A stretch of DNA of 64,000 nucleotides, taken from contig CAVOVB010000001.1 of assembly GCA_963699755.1 (NCBI GenBank), positions 128,001 through 192,000 on the forward strand. The letters are read 5' to 3'. Positions 24,956 through 35,547 of the stretch are shown piece by piece. The notes below the pieces were generated by a model, which had not been told where the DNA came from, ran no database searches, and saw only the letters and a program-made list of their open reading frames with translations. A program made the position numbers and the translations under genes. The stretch is from an uncultured delta proteobacterium. GTDB lineage: Bacteria; Myxococcota_A; Polyangia; Polyangiales; Houyiibacteriaceae. Position 1 is the first letter of the stretch. The number at the start of each line of letters is the position of its first letter.

Positions 24956-26572
24956 CTATTGGGCTGTGCGTCTCCTCGTCAGCCACATAGCAACGAAGCA
25001 AAGGGCGATCCAACCGAGCGAAGCGCTCTTCGCCGCGCTCACGCTGCAGCCATCGGAGCTGCTCACATCTCCGTTTGGCGCGCTCTTCCGGTCGCCCTCC
25101 TCGGGCTCACCCTTTGGCGCCGTTTCGAGCGCGCCGGCTTCGAGGTCGAGCTCGGGGATGTCGGTTTGGATCAGGCCCGGTAGCTGCTTGGTCAAGGTCT
25201 TGCCGGCTCCACCCTTGAGAGCGGTGTTGCCCGCGGCAAACGGACGCGGCTCTGGGCCGCCAGGCGGTCCTCCCCAAATCCCACGCTGTGGATTTTCACA
25301 GGCGACCTCTCCCTCCCAGGGATGCAGAATCACGTAGCGCCCTTGGAAGTTGTTCATGCTCGACGCCTGCGCGCGTCGTTCCCCGAGCTGGCCCTCTTGG
25401 TCGGGCATCCCGCGACCGCCCACGATCGGACCGGCCGCACGGAACACCAGGTCCTCATCGAGCCCGTCCTTGTCGTAGCGATAGTGCAATCGAGTGAGCA
25501 CGAAGCTAGACGGCTGCCAGCGAGGCGGAGGCCGCCTTTGCGGGACCACGCCAGGAATGTCGGAGTAGGGATCCGTCTCCGCTGGGACGAGCACGTCGGC
25601 TCCGAGGGTCGCCAGCTCGTCGGGCCTGAGCGGCGGTTCGGGACATGGATCGCAGCTCGTGGCGTCCCAGGAATACTCGGTGACCACAGCCCCCGGGTTC
25701 TTCTCGATCGTCCTTTCAAAAAGCGCGTCGTAGAACGCACCAAAGCTCTTCCGAACGCTGTCCTCGACGCGGATGTTGGTCGGGATCGAGGCGTTCTTGT
25801 AGTTGGCGACCTCGTAGCGCTGCTGCTTTCCGAGAAGGTGGACGATCAAGTCCTGCTTGCCCGCGCTATTGAGGAGCCCGAGTCGAACGGGAAGCGTGAA
25901 GGTCGGCGCGTCGTAGTGAAAGCGCAGCGGCGAAAGCACCGCAATGCCGTCCTTGAACTTCACCTTCTTGGCGTCGACCTTGGCCACGAAGAACTTGGTG
26001 TCCTGCTCCACGTAAGGTCGAAGCACCTTTTCAGCGCCCTTCGGGATGTTGTATTTGTTCTGCCGAAGCCACTTGTCGAGGCCGCTCGAATCCGTGGCGC
26101 TCAAGATGACGATATCGTACTCGGCAACTTTGAACTGTGCTTCGATGGTGACGCCCAGCTCCTCGTCCTGTGCACCGTCGGCCATGGACTTGGACCTTCT
26201 CGCCATCGGCCCACCGGCGGCCATCTCGTAGACGACCATCGGACGACAGGGATCCTGCTCCCAATACTCCACCAGTCGCGGCGCCGCGAGCTTGTCGACC
26301 CGCGAAAAGATCTCCGGTGGCAGAGTCTTCACATTGTCTTCCTGCAGAACGACCGGCACCGGCACGATCATCGCGAAGTCTTCGGGCGGACCCTGGTAGT
26401 TGTTCTGCATCGACAGCACGGTTCGCGTGCCCTCGCGCATCATCACGACCATGGTCGCGTTGTTGTAGAGCGAGGCATCTGCCCCGCTCACGTAAAACCC
26501 ACAAAACGCGCGTGACGTCGTCGGCCAGGCCATGACCACACACAAACCCGAAATAGCGATTGCTTGCTTCAT
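24956..26572 (-). CDS. DUF2330 protein with MYXO-CTERM-like tail
   Basis: AFCGFYV, LSMQNNYQGP, APRLVEYWEQDPC; GCSV-TM-RRR C-terminus. Confidence 0.85.
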   Translation of the reverse strand: MKQAIAISGLCVVMAWPTTSRAFCGFYVSGADASLYNNATMVVMMREGTRTVLSMQNNYQGPPEDFAMIVPVPVVLQEDNVKTLPPEIFSRVDKLAAPRLVEYWEQDPCRPMVVYEMAAGGPMARRSKSMADGAQDEELGVTIEAQFKVAEYDIVILSATDSSGLDKWLRQNKYNIPKGAEKVLRPYVEQDTKFFVAKVDAKKVKFKDGIAVLSPLRFHYDAPTFTLPVRLGLLNSAGKQDLIVHLLGKQQRYEVANYKNASIPTNIRVEDSVRKSFGAFYDALFERTIEKNPGAVVTEYSWDATSCDPCPEPPLRPDELATLGADVLVPAETDPYSDIPGVVPQRRPPPRWQPSSFVLTRLHYRYDKDGLDEDLVFRAAGPIVGGRGMPDQEGQLGERRAQASSMNNFQGRYVILHPWEGEVACENPQRGIWGGPPGGPEPRPFAAGNTALKGGAGKTLTKQLPGLIQTDIPELDLEAGALETAPKGEPEEGDRKSAPNGDVSSSDGCSVSAAKSASLGWIALCFVAMWLTRRRTAQ

Positions 26573-26668
26573 CGATAGCTCCTCACTTGGCCTGGTAGAC
26601 GCACGAGCGCGCAATTCGGATCTATTTCATGAAAACCAATGAATTCCGGCTGGATGAACCGGTCGCGG

Positions 26669-27625
26669 CTAGTTCTTGATATCGATGAGCTCGACGTCGA
26701 AGACGAGCATCCCAGCGGGGCGTCCAGGTCGGCCACCGTAGGCCAGGTTCTCGGGGATCCAGAGTCGTCGCTTCTCTCCGACCACCATGAGCTGCAAGGC
26801 CTCGGTCCAGCCAGGAATCACTCGGTTGAGACCAAAGGTCGCGGGCGTCCCGCGTACGACGGAGCTGTCGAACATCTGCCCGTCAGTCGTCCACCCCGTG
26901 TAGTGCACGGTCACGACGCTCGTGGCGCTGGGATGCTCCGTACCCGTTCCCTTCTCGAGCACGCGCGAACCAAGGCCGGACTCGGTCTTCTTCGCGTTCT
27001 TCGGAATCTTCGCGACATCCTTGGGTGTGTCAGGTGGCTTAGGGGCCTCGTTGAAGCTGATGAGCTCCACGTCGAACACCAGGGTGCCCCGGGGCGGACC
27101 GAACGCGGCGTGCGGATCGTTGTCCGGCGCATCGCCATAGGCGAGGTCGCCCGGGATCCAGAAGCGGCGCTTTTCGCCGGCAACCATCATCTGCACGCCT
27201 TCGGTCCAACCTTTGATGACCCGATTGAGCGGAAACTCGGCGGGCTGCCCACGCTTCACCGAGCTATCAAACATCCGCCCTTCGGTGGTCCAGCCGGTGT
27301 AGTTGACCTTTACGATGTCTGCCGCAGATGGGTGCTTGTCGCCGGTGCCCGCCTGTAAGACGGTCCAGGCGAGGCCGGACTCGCTACGCTCGGCATTCTC
27401 TGGGGGCGCGGCTACGTCGGCAGGCGCGGGAATCGCGGCATTCGCGTCGGCTTCAGCCTCGCTCTTTGGAGCGGCTGCTTCGTTCTCAGCGGCTTCGGCT
27501 TTCTCAGCTTCGACTTCGGTCTTGGCGGCGGGCTCGCCGTCAGCCGGTACGGGTTCGCTGCTCTTGCAGGCGGTCAGCGCGGCGCCGAGCACCACGCAGC
27601 AAAGAAGGGTCCAGACATCTTTCAT
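26669..27625 (-). CDS. Tandem FKBP-type peptidyl-prolyl isomerase lipoprotein
   Basis: LTAC lipobox; two YTGW..FDSS / VIxGWTE / LVFDVELI domains. Confidence 0.95.
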   Translation of the reverse strand: MKDVWTLLCCVVLGAALTACKSSEPVPADGEPAAKTEVEAEKAEAAENEAAAPKSEAEADANAAIPAPADVAAPPENAERSESGLAWTVLQAGTGDKHPSAADIVKVNYTGWTTEGRMFDSSVKRGQPAEFPLNRVIKGWTEGVQMMVAGEKRRFWIPGDLAYGDAPDNDPHAAFGPPRGTLVFDVELISFNEAPKPPDTPKDVAKIPKNAKKTESGLGSRVLEKGTGTEHPSATSVVTVHYTGWTTDGQMFDSSVVRGTPATFGLNRVIPGWTEALQLMVVGEKRRLWIPENLAYGGRPGRPAGMLVFDVELIDIKN

Positions 27626-27657
27626 GGAGGCTTGGTAGCCGACTGAGCGCGCGCTGT

Positions 27658-28149
27658 CTACTTCTCTAGCTGCTCGGGGGGATTCTGTTTTTGGACCGCC
27701 TCTACGACCTCCCCTTCCACATCAATCACCTCTTGGGGACGACGGGGCCCGCCGTTGTAGCCAGGCGCGTACACTTGGACGCGACCCGCTGCGATTTGCC
27801 GCTCGAACCAACTGCGCACGAACCCCGCGATGACCCTGCGCGTCGGGGGCATCACCATCGAAAGTCCGGCAATGTCGGTCAGGATACCGGGGGTGATCAG
27901 CATCAAGCCGCCGATGAAAATCAGCAAGCCATCGATGACCCCGTCTTTGGGAACCTCTTGTCGCGCCATTGCGTCTTGCCAGCGACGGATCACACGGGCG
28001 CCCTCGAGGCGAGCAAACCACGCTCCGACCAGGCCCGTCATCACCACCAGGCCGATCGTCGCGACCGGTCCGAGGGTGCGGCCGATGGCGATCAAGAGGT
28101 AGAGCTCGACCAAGGGAACGACGGTGAATAAGAGAAAAAGACGGCCCAC
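27658..28149 (-). CDS. fxsA: FxsA family membrane protein
   Basis: PLVELYLL, LMLITPGILTD. Confidence 0.92.
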   Translation of the reverse strand: MGRLFLLFTVVPLVELYLLIAIGRTLGPVATIGLVVMTGLVGAWFARLEGARVIRRWQDAMARQEVPKDGVIDGLLIFIGGLMLITPGILTDIAGLSMVMPPTRRVIAGFVRSWFERQIAAGRVQVYAPGYNGGPRRPQEVIDVEGEVVEAVQKQNPPEQLEK

Positions 28150-28240
28150 CGAATGAACCTAGGTCGTATCTCGAAGCTGCGCTACCCTAGCTGGCGCGCT
28201 TCGCTTGGCGTCCCCGTCGTTCTGCCGTACACCCGGCGGC

Positions 28241-29245
28241 ATGAATACGGCGGTGGAAGGCTCGATGAGCCCGAAATGGGGACTGCGTTGCCTCTTGGGT
28301 GGCGTGCTGATGGGGCTTGCAAATCTCGTACCGGGGATCAGTGGCGGCACGATGTTGCTCGCGGCTGGCGTCTATCCTCGCTTCATTCAGGCGCTGGCCG
28401 AGCTGAGCGGGCTTCGGTTTCGAAAGAGCTCGCTTCTCGTCTTGGGGCTGGTGGGTATCGCTGCAATGGCGGCGATCCTCCTCGGTGCCGGCCCGGTCAA
28501 AGATGCCGTCGTCCAGCATCGCTGGGCGATGTACAGCTTGTTCATTGGCCTGACGCTCGGCGGGGTTCCGGTGCTCTGGCAAATGGCTCGGCCCGCGACC
28601 AGTGCGTTCTCGGCCGCAATGGTGGCAGGTCTGCTCGTCATGGCAGCGCTCGCGTGGCTTCAATTCGGAGGCGCGAGCTCCGGAGCGAGCCGGGAGGGCG
28701 TCGTCATGATGTTCATCGCCGGAGTGGCCGGCGCGAGTGCGATGATCTTGCCCGGTGTGAGCGGCGGCTATCTCCTCTTAGTGATCGGGGTCTACGTTCC
28801 TATCCTGAGCGCGATCGATGCGCTCAAAGAGGCACTCAAGTCGGGCGACCTCGCGAGCGCCTCCGAACCGTTCATCGGGGTCGCGCTTCCCCTCGGCATC
28901 GGCGTGGCCATCGGCATCCTCTTGATCAGCAACCTGATCAAGATGGTGCTCGAACGCTACGAGCAGCCGACTTTGGGCGTGCTCATGGGCCTGCTCGTCG
29001 GTGCCGTATTCGGCTTGTGGCCGTTCCAGGAAGGCGTCCCGCCGAAAGTCGGCGAGGTGTTCAAGGGGCAGATTCTGACCGCCGAGCGGCTCGCCGACCT
29101 GACAGCGGACAAGTTTCCAACCGAGTTCTATACGCCAAGCTTCAATGACATGATGATGTCCGCCGGTTTGATCGGCATGGGCTACTTGATCACCACACTG
29201 GTCGCCCGGGTGGGCGGGGCGAAGCCGAAACGAGATCAATCGTAG
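28241..29245 (+). CDS. DUF368 membrane protein
   Basis: MGLANLVPGISGGT and AMILPGVSG repeats. Confidence 0.9.
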   Translation: MNTAVEGSMSPKWGLRCLLGGVLMGLANLVPGISGGTMLLAAGVYPRFIQALAELSGLRFRKSSLLVLGLVGIAAMAAILLGAGPVKDAVVQHRWAMYSLFIGLTLGGVPVLWQMARPATSAFSAAMVAGLLVMAALAWLQFGGASSGASREGVVMMFIAGVAGASAMILPGVSGGYLLLVIGVYVPILSAIDALKEALKSGDLASASEPFIGVALPLGIGVAIGILLISNLIKMVLERYEQPTLGVLMGLLVGAVFGLWPFQEGVPPKVGEVFKGQILTAERLADLTADKFPTEFYTPSFNDMMMSAGLIGMGYLITTLVARVGGAKPKRDQS

Positions 29246-31026
29246 AGCGATTCGATCGCGTCGTTGTACCGCTGAAGCACGACACGGCGCTTGAGCTTGA
29301 GCGTGGGGGTGAGCATGCCGTTGTCGGTGGTGAAGTCCTCCTCACCGATGAAGAGCTTGCGAGCCTTTTCATAACCTTTGAACTCGGCGGAGAACTTGGC
29401 GACCTCCTGCTCGACCAAGGCGCGAACGTCCTCGTTCTTGGCCAAGGACGCAGGATCGGGGTCGAGTCCCTTTTCGGCGGCCCAGGCTTTGAGCACCTCG
29501 TAGTCCGGTATGACGACGGCCACGTTGAACTCGCGGTTCATGCCGTAGACCATGACATTCGAGATATACGGTGAAAGCTTGATCTTCTCTTCAAGCGGCG
29601 TCGGAACGACGTACTTTCCGTTGAGCAGCTTGTACTGCTCCTTCACGCGGCCGGTGATGTGCAAAAACCCCTCGTCATCGACGAAACCCAAGTCCCCCGA
29701 ACGGAACCCGCGCTTTCCATTTCTCTCGACGAAAACTTCGGCGTTGGCTTTGTCGAGGTTGTGATAGCCCTCCATGATGTTGTGACCGAAGATGAGAACT
29801 TCGCCCTGGACTGGATCGTCGGTCGCCGATACGTCGATCTCGATTTCGACACCGGGAATCGGCTTACCGACCGAGCCGATTTTTCGCCCCCCCGGATAGT
29901 TCGCCGTCGCGATCGGGGAAGTCTCGCTGAGTCCGTAGCCCTCGTAGACGGTGATCCCGAGGTTGTCGATGAACTCCGCAACCTCCTTGGAGATCGCTGC
30001 ACCACCGCTGAACGCGTACTTGAGTCGACCCCCGAAACGCTCGCGGACCTTCGAAAAGACGAGGGCATCGAGGACCTTGAATTTGAAATCGAGCCATCGG
30101 CTGCTCTTGCCCTGAGCCGCCAATCGCTTTCGCGCCGCGGCCGTTTCCAGCGCCGCCTCGAAGAGCTTCTTCTTGAGCCCACCTTCTTCGGCCATACGCG
30201 CGTGGAGGCCGTCGTAGATGCGGTTGAACACCCGGGGGACGCTGATGAACAAAGTGGGTTTCACCTCCCCGAGGTTGGCGATGATCTTGTCGACCGCCTC
30301 GGCAAGTCCGATGGACCCGCCCATCGACAGCAAGCCGTGTAGCTCCACCGTCTGTCCGAACGAATGCGCCCAGGGTAGGAAGCAGAGCGAACGGTCGTCG
30401 GGCTCCATCGGCAAGAGCACATGCATCGCGCTGACGTTGTAGGCGAGGTTCCGATGCGTGAGGCGTACGCCCTTTGGCTCGCCGGTCGTGCCGGAGGTGT
30501 AAATGAAGTCCGCGATGGCATCGGGGCCTGGGTCGACCAGGTCGGAGGGCGGGTAGTCCAGCAAGTCTGCAAAAGCACGCTCGCCGCCCTTCGGCGTACC
30601 CGAGAAGACGATGACCTCCTTGAGGTCCGGGAGCGCATCGCGAAAGTTTCGAACGCGCTCTGCGATCTGCTCGTTGGCGACGAACAGCACCTTTGCGCCA
30701 CAGTCCTTGAGGATGTGCTTCCAGTCCTTGTCGAGCTGCGACTCGTACATCGCGACATAGGCGGCACCGACCCCGTAGGACGCGTACGCGCCCATTGCCC
30801 ATTCGGGGCTGTTGTTCGCAATCACCGCGACGCGATCCCCGGCATGAACGCCGAGAGTTGCGAGCGCCGTTCGCAAGCGCCGCGTGCGATCGCCCCACTC
30901 CCGGTAGGTCATCCATTGCCACTGACCATTGCGTTTGACGCCAAAGAGCGCTCTGTCCCCAAACTTCTCGACGGAGTGGTTGAAGACTTGGACAAGGCTT
31001 TCGAACTTGGGCTTGAATTCCGGCAT
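29236..31026 (-). CDS. fadD: Long-chain fatty acid-CoA ligase
   Basis: YTSGTTGEPKG, YEGYGLSE, MLTPTLKLKR; start MPEFKPK preferred over the extended ORF. Confidence 0.92.
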   Translation of the reverse strand: MPEFKPKFESLVQVFNHSVEKFGDRALFGVKRNGQWQWMTYREWGDRTRRLRTALATLGVHAGDRVAVIANNSPEWAMGAYASYGVGAAYVAMYESQLDKDWKHILKDCGAKVLFVANEQIAERVRNFRDALPDLKEVIVFSGTPKGGERAFADLLDYPPSDLVDPGPDAIADFIYTSGTTGEPKGVRLTHRNLAYNVSAMHVLLPMEPDDRSLCFLPWAHSFGQTVELHGLLSMGGSIGLAEAVDKIIANLGEVKPTLFISVPRVFNRIYDGLHARMAEEGGLKKKLFEAALETAAARKRLAAQGKSSRWLDFKFKVLDALVFSKVRERFGGRLKYAFSGGAAISKEVAEFIDNLGITVYEGYGLSETSPIATANYPGGRKIGSVGKPIPGVEIEIDVSATDDPVQGEVLIFGHNIMEGYHNLDKANAEVFVERNGKRGFRSGDLGFVDDEGFLHITGRVKEQYKLLNGKYVVPTPLEEKIKLSPYISNVMVYGMNREFNVAVVIPDYEVLKAWAAEKGLDPDPASLAKNEDVRALVEQEVAKFSAEFKGYEKARKLFIGEEDFTTDNGMLTPTLKLKRRVVLQRYNDAIESLYD

Positions 31027-31108
31027 GGCGGCGGATGCTACCAAACCTGATACCCCGATCAAGGCTCCGCCGAGTCCATGATTCGCGTCGCCCACGGGGC
31101 TGCGCTCC

Positions 31109-33484
31109 TCAGTTGCTGAGGAGCTCGTCGCACTCGGCACTGATGTAGCCAAGCGCCACCAGCTGACGACAAAGCTCAGGGGTCATTTCCTGCCTTTCCT
31201 GAGTCAATCCAGGGGCCTTCTTGGCTGAGGAGCCAATGGTCGCGGCCAACCAGCGCCCTCGATCCTCCGCCCCGAGGAATTGCCCGTGGAGCACGCGGAG
31301 GTAGCGCTGGGCAATGGGTTGGCGGCTGCCGTCGAGCTCCTGTTTCTCCCAGTAGTCGTTCTCGAGGTCGAACATGACCTGACTCAGGTCGCCTCGGATG
31401 ATCATCTTCCAATCGCCTCCGCGAATCACACGGCGATGATCGAGGAAATCGCTAAAGGCGACGTAAGGGCCGGCGGGCCAATCGCCCAGCATGAAGCCGA
31501 GCAGGCTTCGACCCTCGAAGGCTTCGGGGACGGGCACGCCCGAGGCTTCCAAGACCGTCGGCCCGATGTCTATCGTGCCGACGACTGGACCGATGCGCGT
31601 GTCTGCCGGGATGACGCCGGGCCAGCGGAACATCAGCGGCACGTTGAGGAGCTCCTGGTAGACCGAGTGCCCATGGCCCCAGGAGCCATGCTCTTGAAAC
31701 TCCTCGCCGTGGTCCGAGGTCACGACGACGATGGTGTTTTGATCGAGACCGAGCTCATGGAGCTTCGCCAAGAACCTCCCGAAGTACTCGTCGTGGTAGC
31801 TGATCTCGCCATCGTGCAGCGCTTCGATTCGCTCCTTGTCGCGCTCGGTGAAGGTGTACTTCCCCGGGTTCTTCTTCGCGTCATCGAGCATCAGGTGTGT
31901 TTGGCGATTCTTCACTTGCCCGTTGTAGGGCCGAGAGTCGTACATCTCGAGGAACTCGGCGGGCGGGTCGTACGGCACGTGTGGATCGATCGTCTGAATG
32001 TAGACGAAGAAGCGGCTGTCCTTGTTCTTCTCGATCCAGCTCTGTGCCTCACCAAAGACATTGGAGGCGTTGGTGTTGCGCGCCTCACGAATGTAATTGG
32101 TGTAGTGATCCCAGCCTTGATCAAAACCGAATGCGTTCGACACGTAGCCGTTGGCAATGAAGCTCGCGGTCTTGAATCCCGCCTTCTTGTAGACCTCGCT
32201 CAGCATCAACGCGGACTTCGGAAGCTTGGAGGCGTCTTCCTTGGTGCGGTGGGTGGCCGGATGAAGTGAGGTGAGCACGCTCGCGACGGCAGGCTTGGTC
32301 CAGTTTTCGGGTGTCTGCGTGCGTTCGAAGAGGGCGCCTTGCGCGGCGAACTCGTCGATTGCGGGCGTCTTCACGCGGGTCTTCGGGTAGTAAAGCTGGA
32401 GCTTGCTCGCCCGCAGGGTGTCGATGAGAAGAACGATCACGTTTCGGGCGGGCTCGTCGAACGTGGCGACCTCAGCGGCCCGTCGGACGATTCGGACGTC
32501 GCTCAAGGCGAGGTCGGTCGCACCCTCGTTTCGGAAGCGCAATCGAACGAGCTCGCCTGTGTACTTGCTCAGGGAGATTGCTTGGTCGGACCAAGTGGCC
32601 CCGAGCTCAATTCGTTCGGCGGTGCCCGGAGAGCCGTCCTGGCTGATCGTTACGGACAGGGTGCCGCTTCCCTCCGAGTGGAGGCCGGCACCGAATACGA
32701 GCGTGCCTTCGTCCGGCGCCTCGACGAACCAGTCCAACTGCGAGGCAGGCGCCAAGACGATCGCGCGCCGCTCTACGCCAGCCACCGATACCTGCTGCAC
32801 CTCGATGGGCTTAGGCGCGGCCCCCGCTTCGGCGCTCGATGGCTCGAAGCGTAACCAGTCGATCGCGACTGAGCGGGCTTTGCCGCGAACCTGCGCTGTC
32901 TTGGTCGAGCGCAGCATGATCGCGTTCTCGCCGGGACGAATGAGAGCCTCCGAAATCGGGATTGCGACTTCGCGGAAGCCGTCTGCTTCCGACACGCGCG
33001 CTTCGCCGGCAGTCGAGCCATTGACGTACACGATCAGCGCGCCGGCCGCATAGGGTTTGACCCGAAAGCGCAGTTGCATCGCCTGCTTCTTGTCAGCCGG
33101 GAGGTAGAGCCGTGCGGTCTTGCCAAAGGTCGATACCCGCGCGTCACCTTCGCGGCCTTCGCCCAGCCAGCCGCTGTTCCAGTTCCCGATAGTGTACTTG
33201 GGGCGAGCCGCCGTGCCGAAGTCGATGAAGAGGCCAGAGGGGTCGTAGACGTCGGCCAGATGCAAGAGCGCCAGGAGGTCCTCGTGGTTGGCCGTACCCC
33301 TAGGCGCAGGGGCCACGTCAGGCGCCGGCGCCTCCTGGCGCCTGGCTCGGGCAGCTTGGGGTTCCAGCTCGGACCCCCGCTCGGGCGGCACCTCGAGGTC
33401 GGAACCCTCCTGCCCACAGGTGAATCCCTGCAGACAAAGCAGAACGAGGAGCGCCAAGCGGCTCTTCTTGTGACTTCCCCACAT
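31109..33484 (-). CDS. Exported sulfatase-like/alkaline phosphatase superfamily protein with N-terminal beta domains
   Basis: LIDTLRA, WTKPAVAS, DPHVPY, SDHGEEF..H. Confidence 0.85.
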   Translation of the reverse strand: MWGSHKKSRLALLVLLCLQGFTCGQEGSDLEVPPERGSELEPQAARARRQEAPAPDVAPAPRGTANHEDLLALLHLADVYDPSGLFIDFGTAARPKYTIGNWNSGWLGEGREGDARVSTFGKTARLYLPADKKQAMQLRFRVKPYAAGALIVYVNGSTAGEARVSEADGFREVAIPISEALIRPGENAIMLRSTKTAQVRGKARSVAIDWLRFEPSSAEAGAAPKPIEVQQVSVAGVERRAIVLAPASQLDWFVEAPDEGTLVFGAGLHSEGSGTLSVTISQDGSPGTAERIELGATWSDQAISLSKYTGELVRLRFRNEGATDLALSDVRIVRRAAEVATFDEPARNVIVLLIDTLRASKLQLYYPKTRVKTPAIDEFAAQGALFERTQTPENWTKPAVASVLTSLHPATHRTKEDASKLPKSALMLSEVYKKAGFKTASFIANGYVSNAFGFDQGWDHYTNYIREARNTNASNVFGEAQSWIEKNKDSRFFVYIQTIDPHVPYDPPAEFLEMYDSRPYNGQVKNRQTHLMLDDAKKNPGKYTFTERDKERIEALHDGEISYHDEYFGRFLAKLHELGLDQNTIVVVTSDHGEEFQEHGSWGHGHSVYQELLNVPLMFRWPGVIPADTRIGPVVGTIDIGPTVLEASGVPVPEAFEGRSLLGFMLGDWPAGPYVAFSDFLDHRRVIRGGDWKMIIRGDLSQVMFDLENDYWEKQELDGSRQPIAQRYLRVLHGQFLGAEDRGRWLAATIGSSAKKAPGLTQERQEMTPELCRQLVALGYISAECDELLSN

Positions 33485-33570
33485 GCAGGGTCGGCTACCA
33501 CGGCACGGCATCCGGGGCAACGGAGCCGGGGAGACCCTCGAGCCAAGAGATGTGCTACTGCACTGGCCTC

Positions 33571-35487
33571 ATGGATGGCAACGGCGAGCCTCGCGAATGG
33601 AGCGTGAAGAAGAGCAGCAAGCTCTACCAGATCAAAGGCTGGGGAGAGCCCTACTTCCGCATCAACGAGCTGGGGCACGTCGAGGTGCGACCCGATCCGA
33701 CCGCAGATCGGGCGATCGATCTCTATGATCTCACCAAGCAGCTGGCTGAACGCGGACTCGACCTGCCCCTGCTGATTCGATTTCCCAACATCCTTCAGGA
33801 TCGAATTCGGCTTCTGAACGAGTGCTTCAACAACGCGATCCGCGAGTATGGGTACGGTGGGAAGTACCGCGGCGTGTTTCCCGTCAAAGTCAATCAGCAG
33901 CGGCATCTGGTCGAAGAGATCGTCGAGTCCGGAAGGCCCTGGCAATTTGGCTTGGAAGCAGGGTCGAAGCCCGAGCTGCTGATCACACTCGCTGCGATGG
34001 AAGACGAAGACGGCTTGATCATCTGCAACGGCTACAAAGACCTCGCCTACCTGGAGACCGCACTCGTTGCGCAGCGCTTCGACAACACGGTCGTCGTGGT
34101 GCTCGAACGCGTCGAAGAGCTCGAGCTCGCCTTCCGGGCATCCGAGAAGCTCGGCATCCGGCCCTGCCTAGGGGTTCGTGCGAAGCTCAGCAGCAAGGGG
34201 ATGGGCCGCTGGGCTGACTCTGCCGGTGACCGCGCGAAGTTCGGCCTGTCGATGTCGGAGATCGTCTACGTCGTCGACGAGCTGGAAAAGCGCAGCATGC
34301 TCGATTGCCTGAAGCTCCTGCACTTCCATCTTGGGAGCCAGGTCTCGAGCATCATCCCCGTGAAGAACGCCATGCGCGAAGCGGGGCAGATTTACGTCGA
34401 GCTGACGAAAATGGGTTGCGAGATGGGATTCCTGGACGTCGGCGGCGGCCTGGCGGTCGACTACGACGGCTCGAAGACCGACTTTCGCGGCTCGATGAAC
34501 TACGATTTGCAAGAGTACGCCTACGACGTCGTGGCGGGCGTGCAGGAGGCCTGCGAGAAGGCAAGCGTTGAGCCGCCCACCATCGTCAGTGAGAGCGGAC
34601 GCTCGATCGCTGCCTACCAGTCGGTGCTGGTTTTCGATGCCTTGGGGGTCGATCACGTCGATTTGGGGGAGCCGCCACAACCTTCGTCGAACGACCACCG
34701 GGTCCTCGACGAATTCTACGAAACCTGGAAGGGTATCCAACCGAAGAACGTGCAGGAGTCCTGGCACGACGCGCAGCAAGCGCTCGAAGAAGCTCGGAGC
34801 CTGTTCAAGTTCGGCTATCTCGGGATTCGCGAGCTGGCGCGGGCGGAGCATCTGTTCTGGAGCTGCTGCGAGAAGATCAGCCGCAACATGCGCCGGCTGA
34901 AGTACGTGCCCGAAGAGCTCAACGCCATCGAAGACCTCATGGGTGCGATCTACTACTGCAACTTCTCGCTGTTCCAGTCCGCGCCCGACATCTGGGCCAT
35001 GGACCATCTGTTTCCATTCATGCCGATTCACCGCCTAGACGAGGAGCCAACGGTTCGTGCGAGGCTCGCGGACCTGACCTGCGACTCTGATGGAATCGTC
35101 GACCACTTCATCGACGTCGAAGAGGTGCAGGGCTCGCTCCACCTTCATCCGGTGCAAAGCGGAGAGCACTATCTCCTAGGTATGTTTCTGGGTGGCGCCT
35201 ATCAGGAGATCCTCGGCGACCTTCACAATCTCTTTGGGGATACGAACGCAGTGCACGTCCGTTTGGAAGACTACGGCTACAGCGTGTCCAACGTGATCAA
35301 AGGCGACGCGATCGACGAGGTGCTTCGCTATTTGCAGTACGATCCCGAAGAGATGGTCGAGCGCGTTCGCAAGCAAGCCGAGCGGGCGCTCAATCAGGGG
35401 CGGATGACTCTGCCGCAGCTTCGGACCTTCATGGGCCACTACGAAGAAAGCCTCCGCGGCTACACCTACCTCAAGGGCGACGCCTGA
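33571..35487 (+). CDS. speA: Biosynthetic arginine decarboxylase
   Basis: FPVKVNQ, GLEAGSKPEL, DVGGGL, TCDSDG, GAYQEILGDLHNLFG. Confidence 0.96.
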   Translation: MDGNGEPREWSVKKSSKLYQIKGWGEPYFRINELGHVEVRPDPTADRAIDLYDLTKQLAERGLDLPLLIRFPNILQDRIRLLNECFNNAIREYGYGGKYRGVFPVKVNQQRHLVEEIVESGRPWQFGLEAGSKPELLITLAAMEDEDGLIICNGYKDLAYLETALVAQRFDNTVVVVLERVEELELAFRASEKLGIRPCLGVRAKLSSKGMGRWADSAGDRAKFGLSMSEIVYVVDELEKRSMLDCLKLLHFHLGSQVSSIIPVKNAMREAGQIYVELTKMGCEMGFLDVGGGLAVDYDGSKTDFRGSMNYDLQEYAYDVVAGVQEACEKASVEPPTIVSESGRSIAAYQSVLVFDALGVDHVDLGEPPQPSSNDHRVLDEFYETWKGIQPKNVQESWHDAQQALEEARSLFKFGYLGIRELARAEHLFWSCCEKISRNMRRLKYVPEELNAIEDLMGAIYYCNFSLFQSAPDIWAMDHLFPFMPIHRLDEEPTVRARLADLTCDSDGIVDHFIDVEEVQGSLHLHPVQSGEHYLLGMFLGGAYQEILGDLHNLFGDTNAVHVRLEDYGYSVSNVIKGDAIDEVLRYLQYDPEEMVERVRKQAERALNQGRMTLPQLRTFMGHYEESLRGYTYLKGDA

Positions 35488-35547
35488 TTTTTCGGCGATT
35501 TCCCGTGCGATTTCGACAGTAGCCCGGCCAGCCTCTACGTTGAAACA

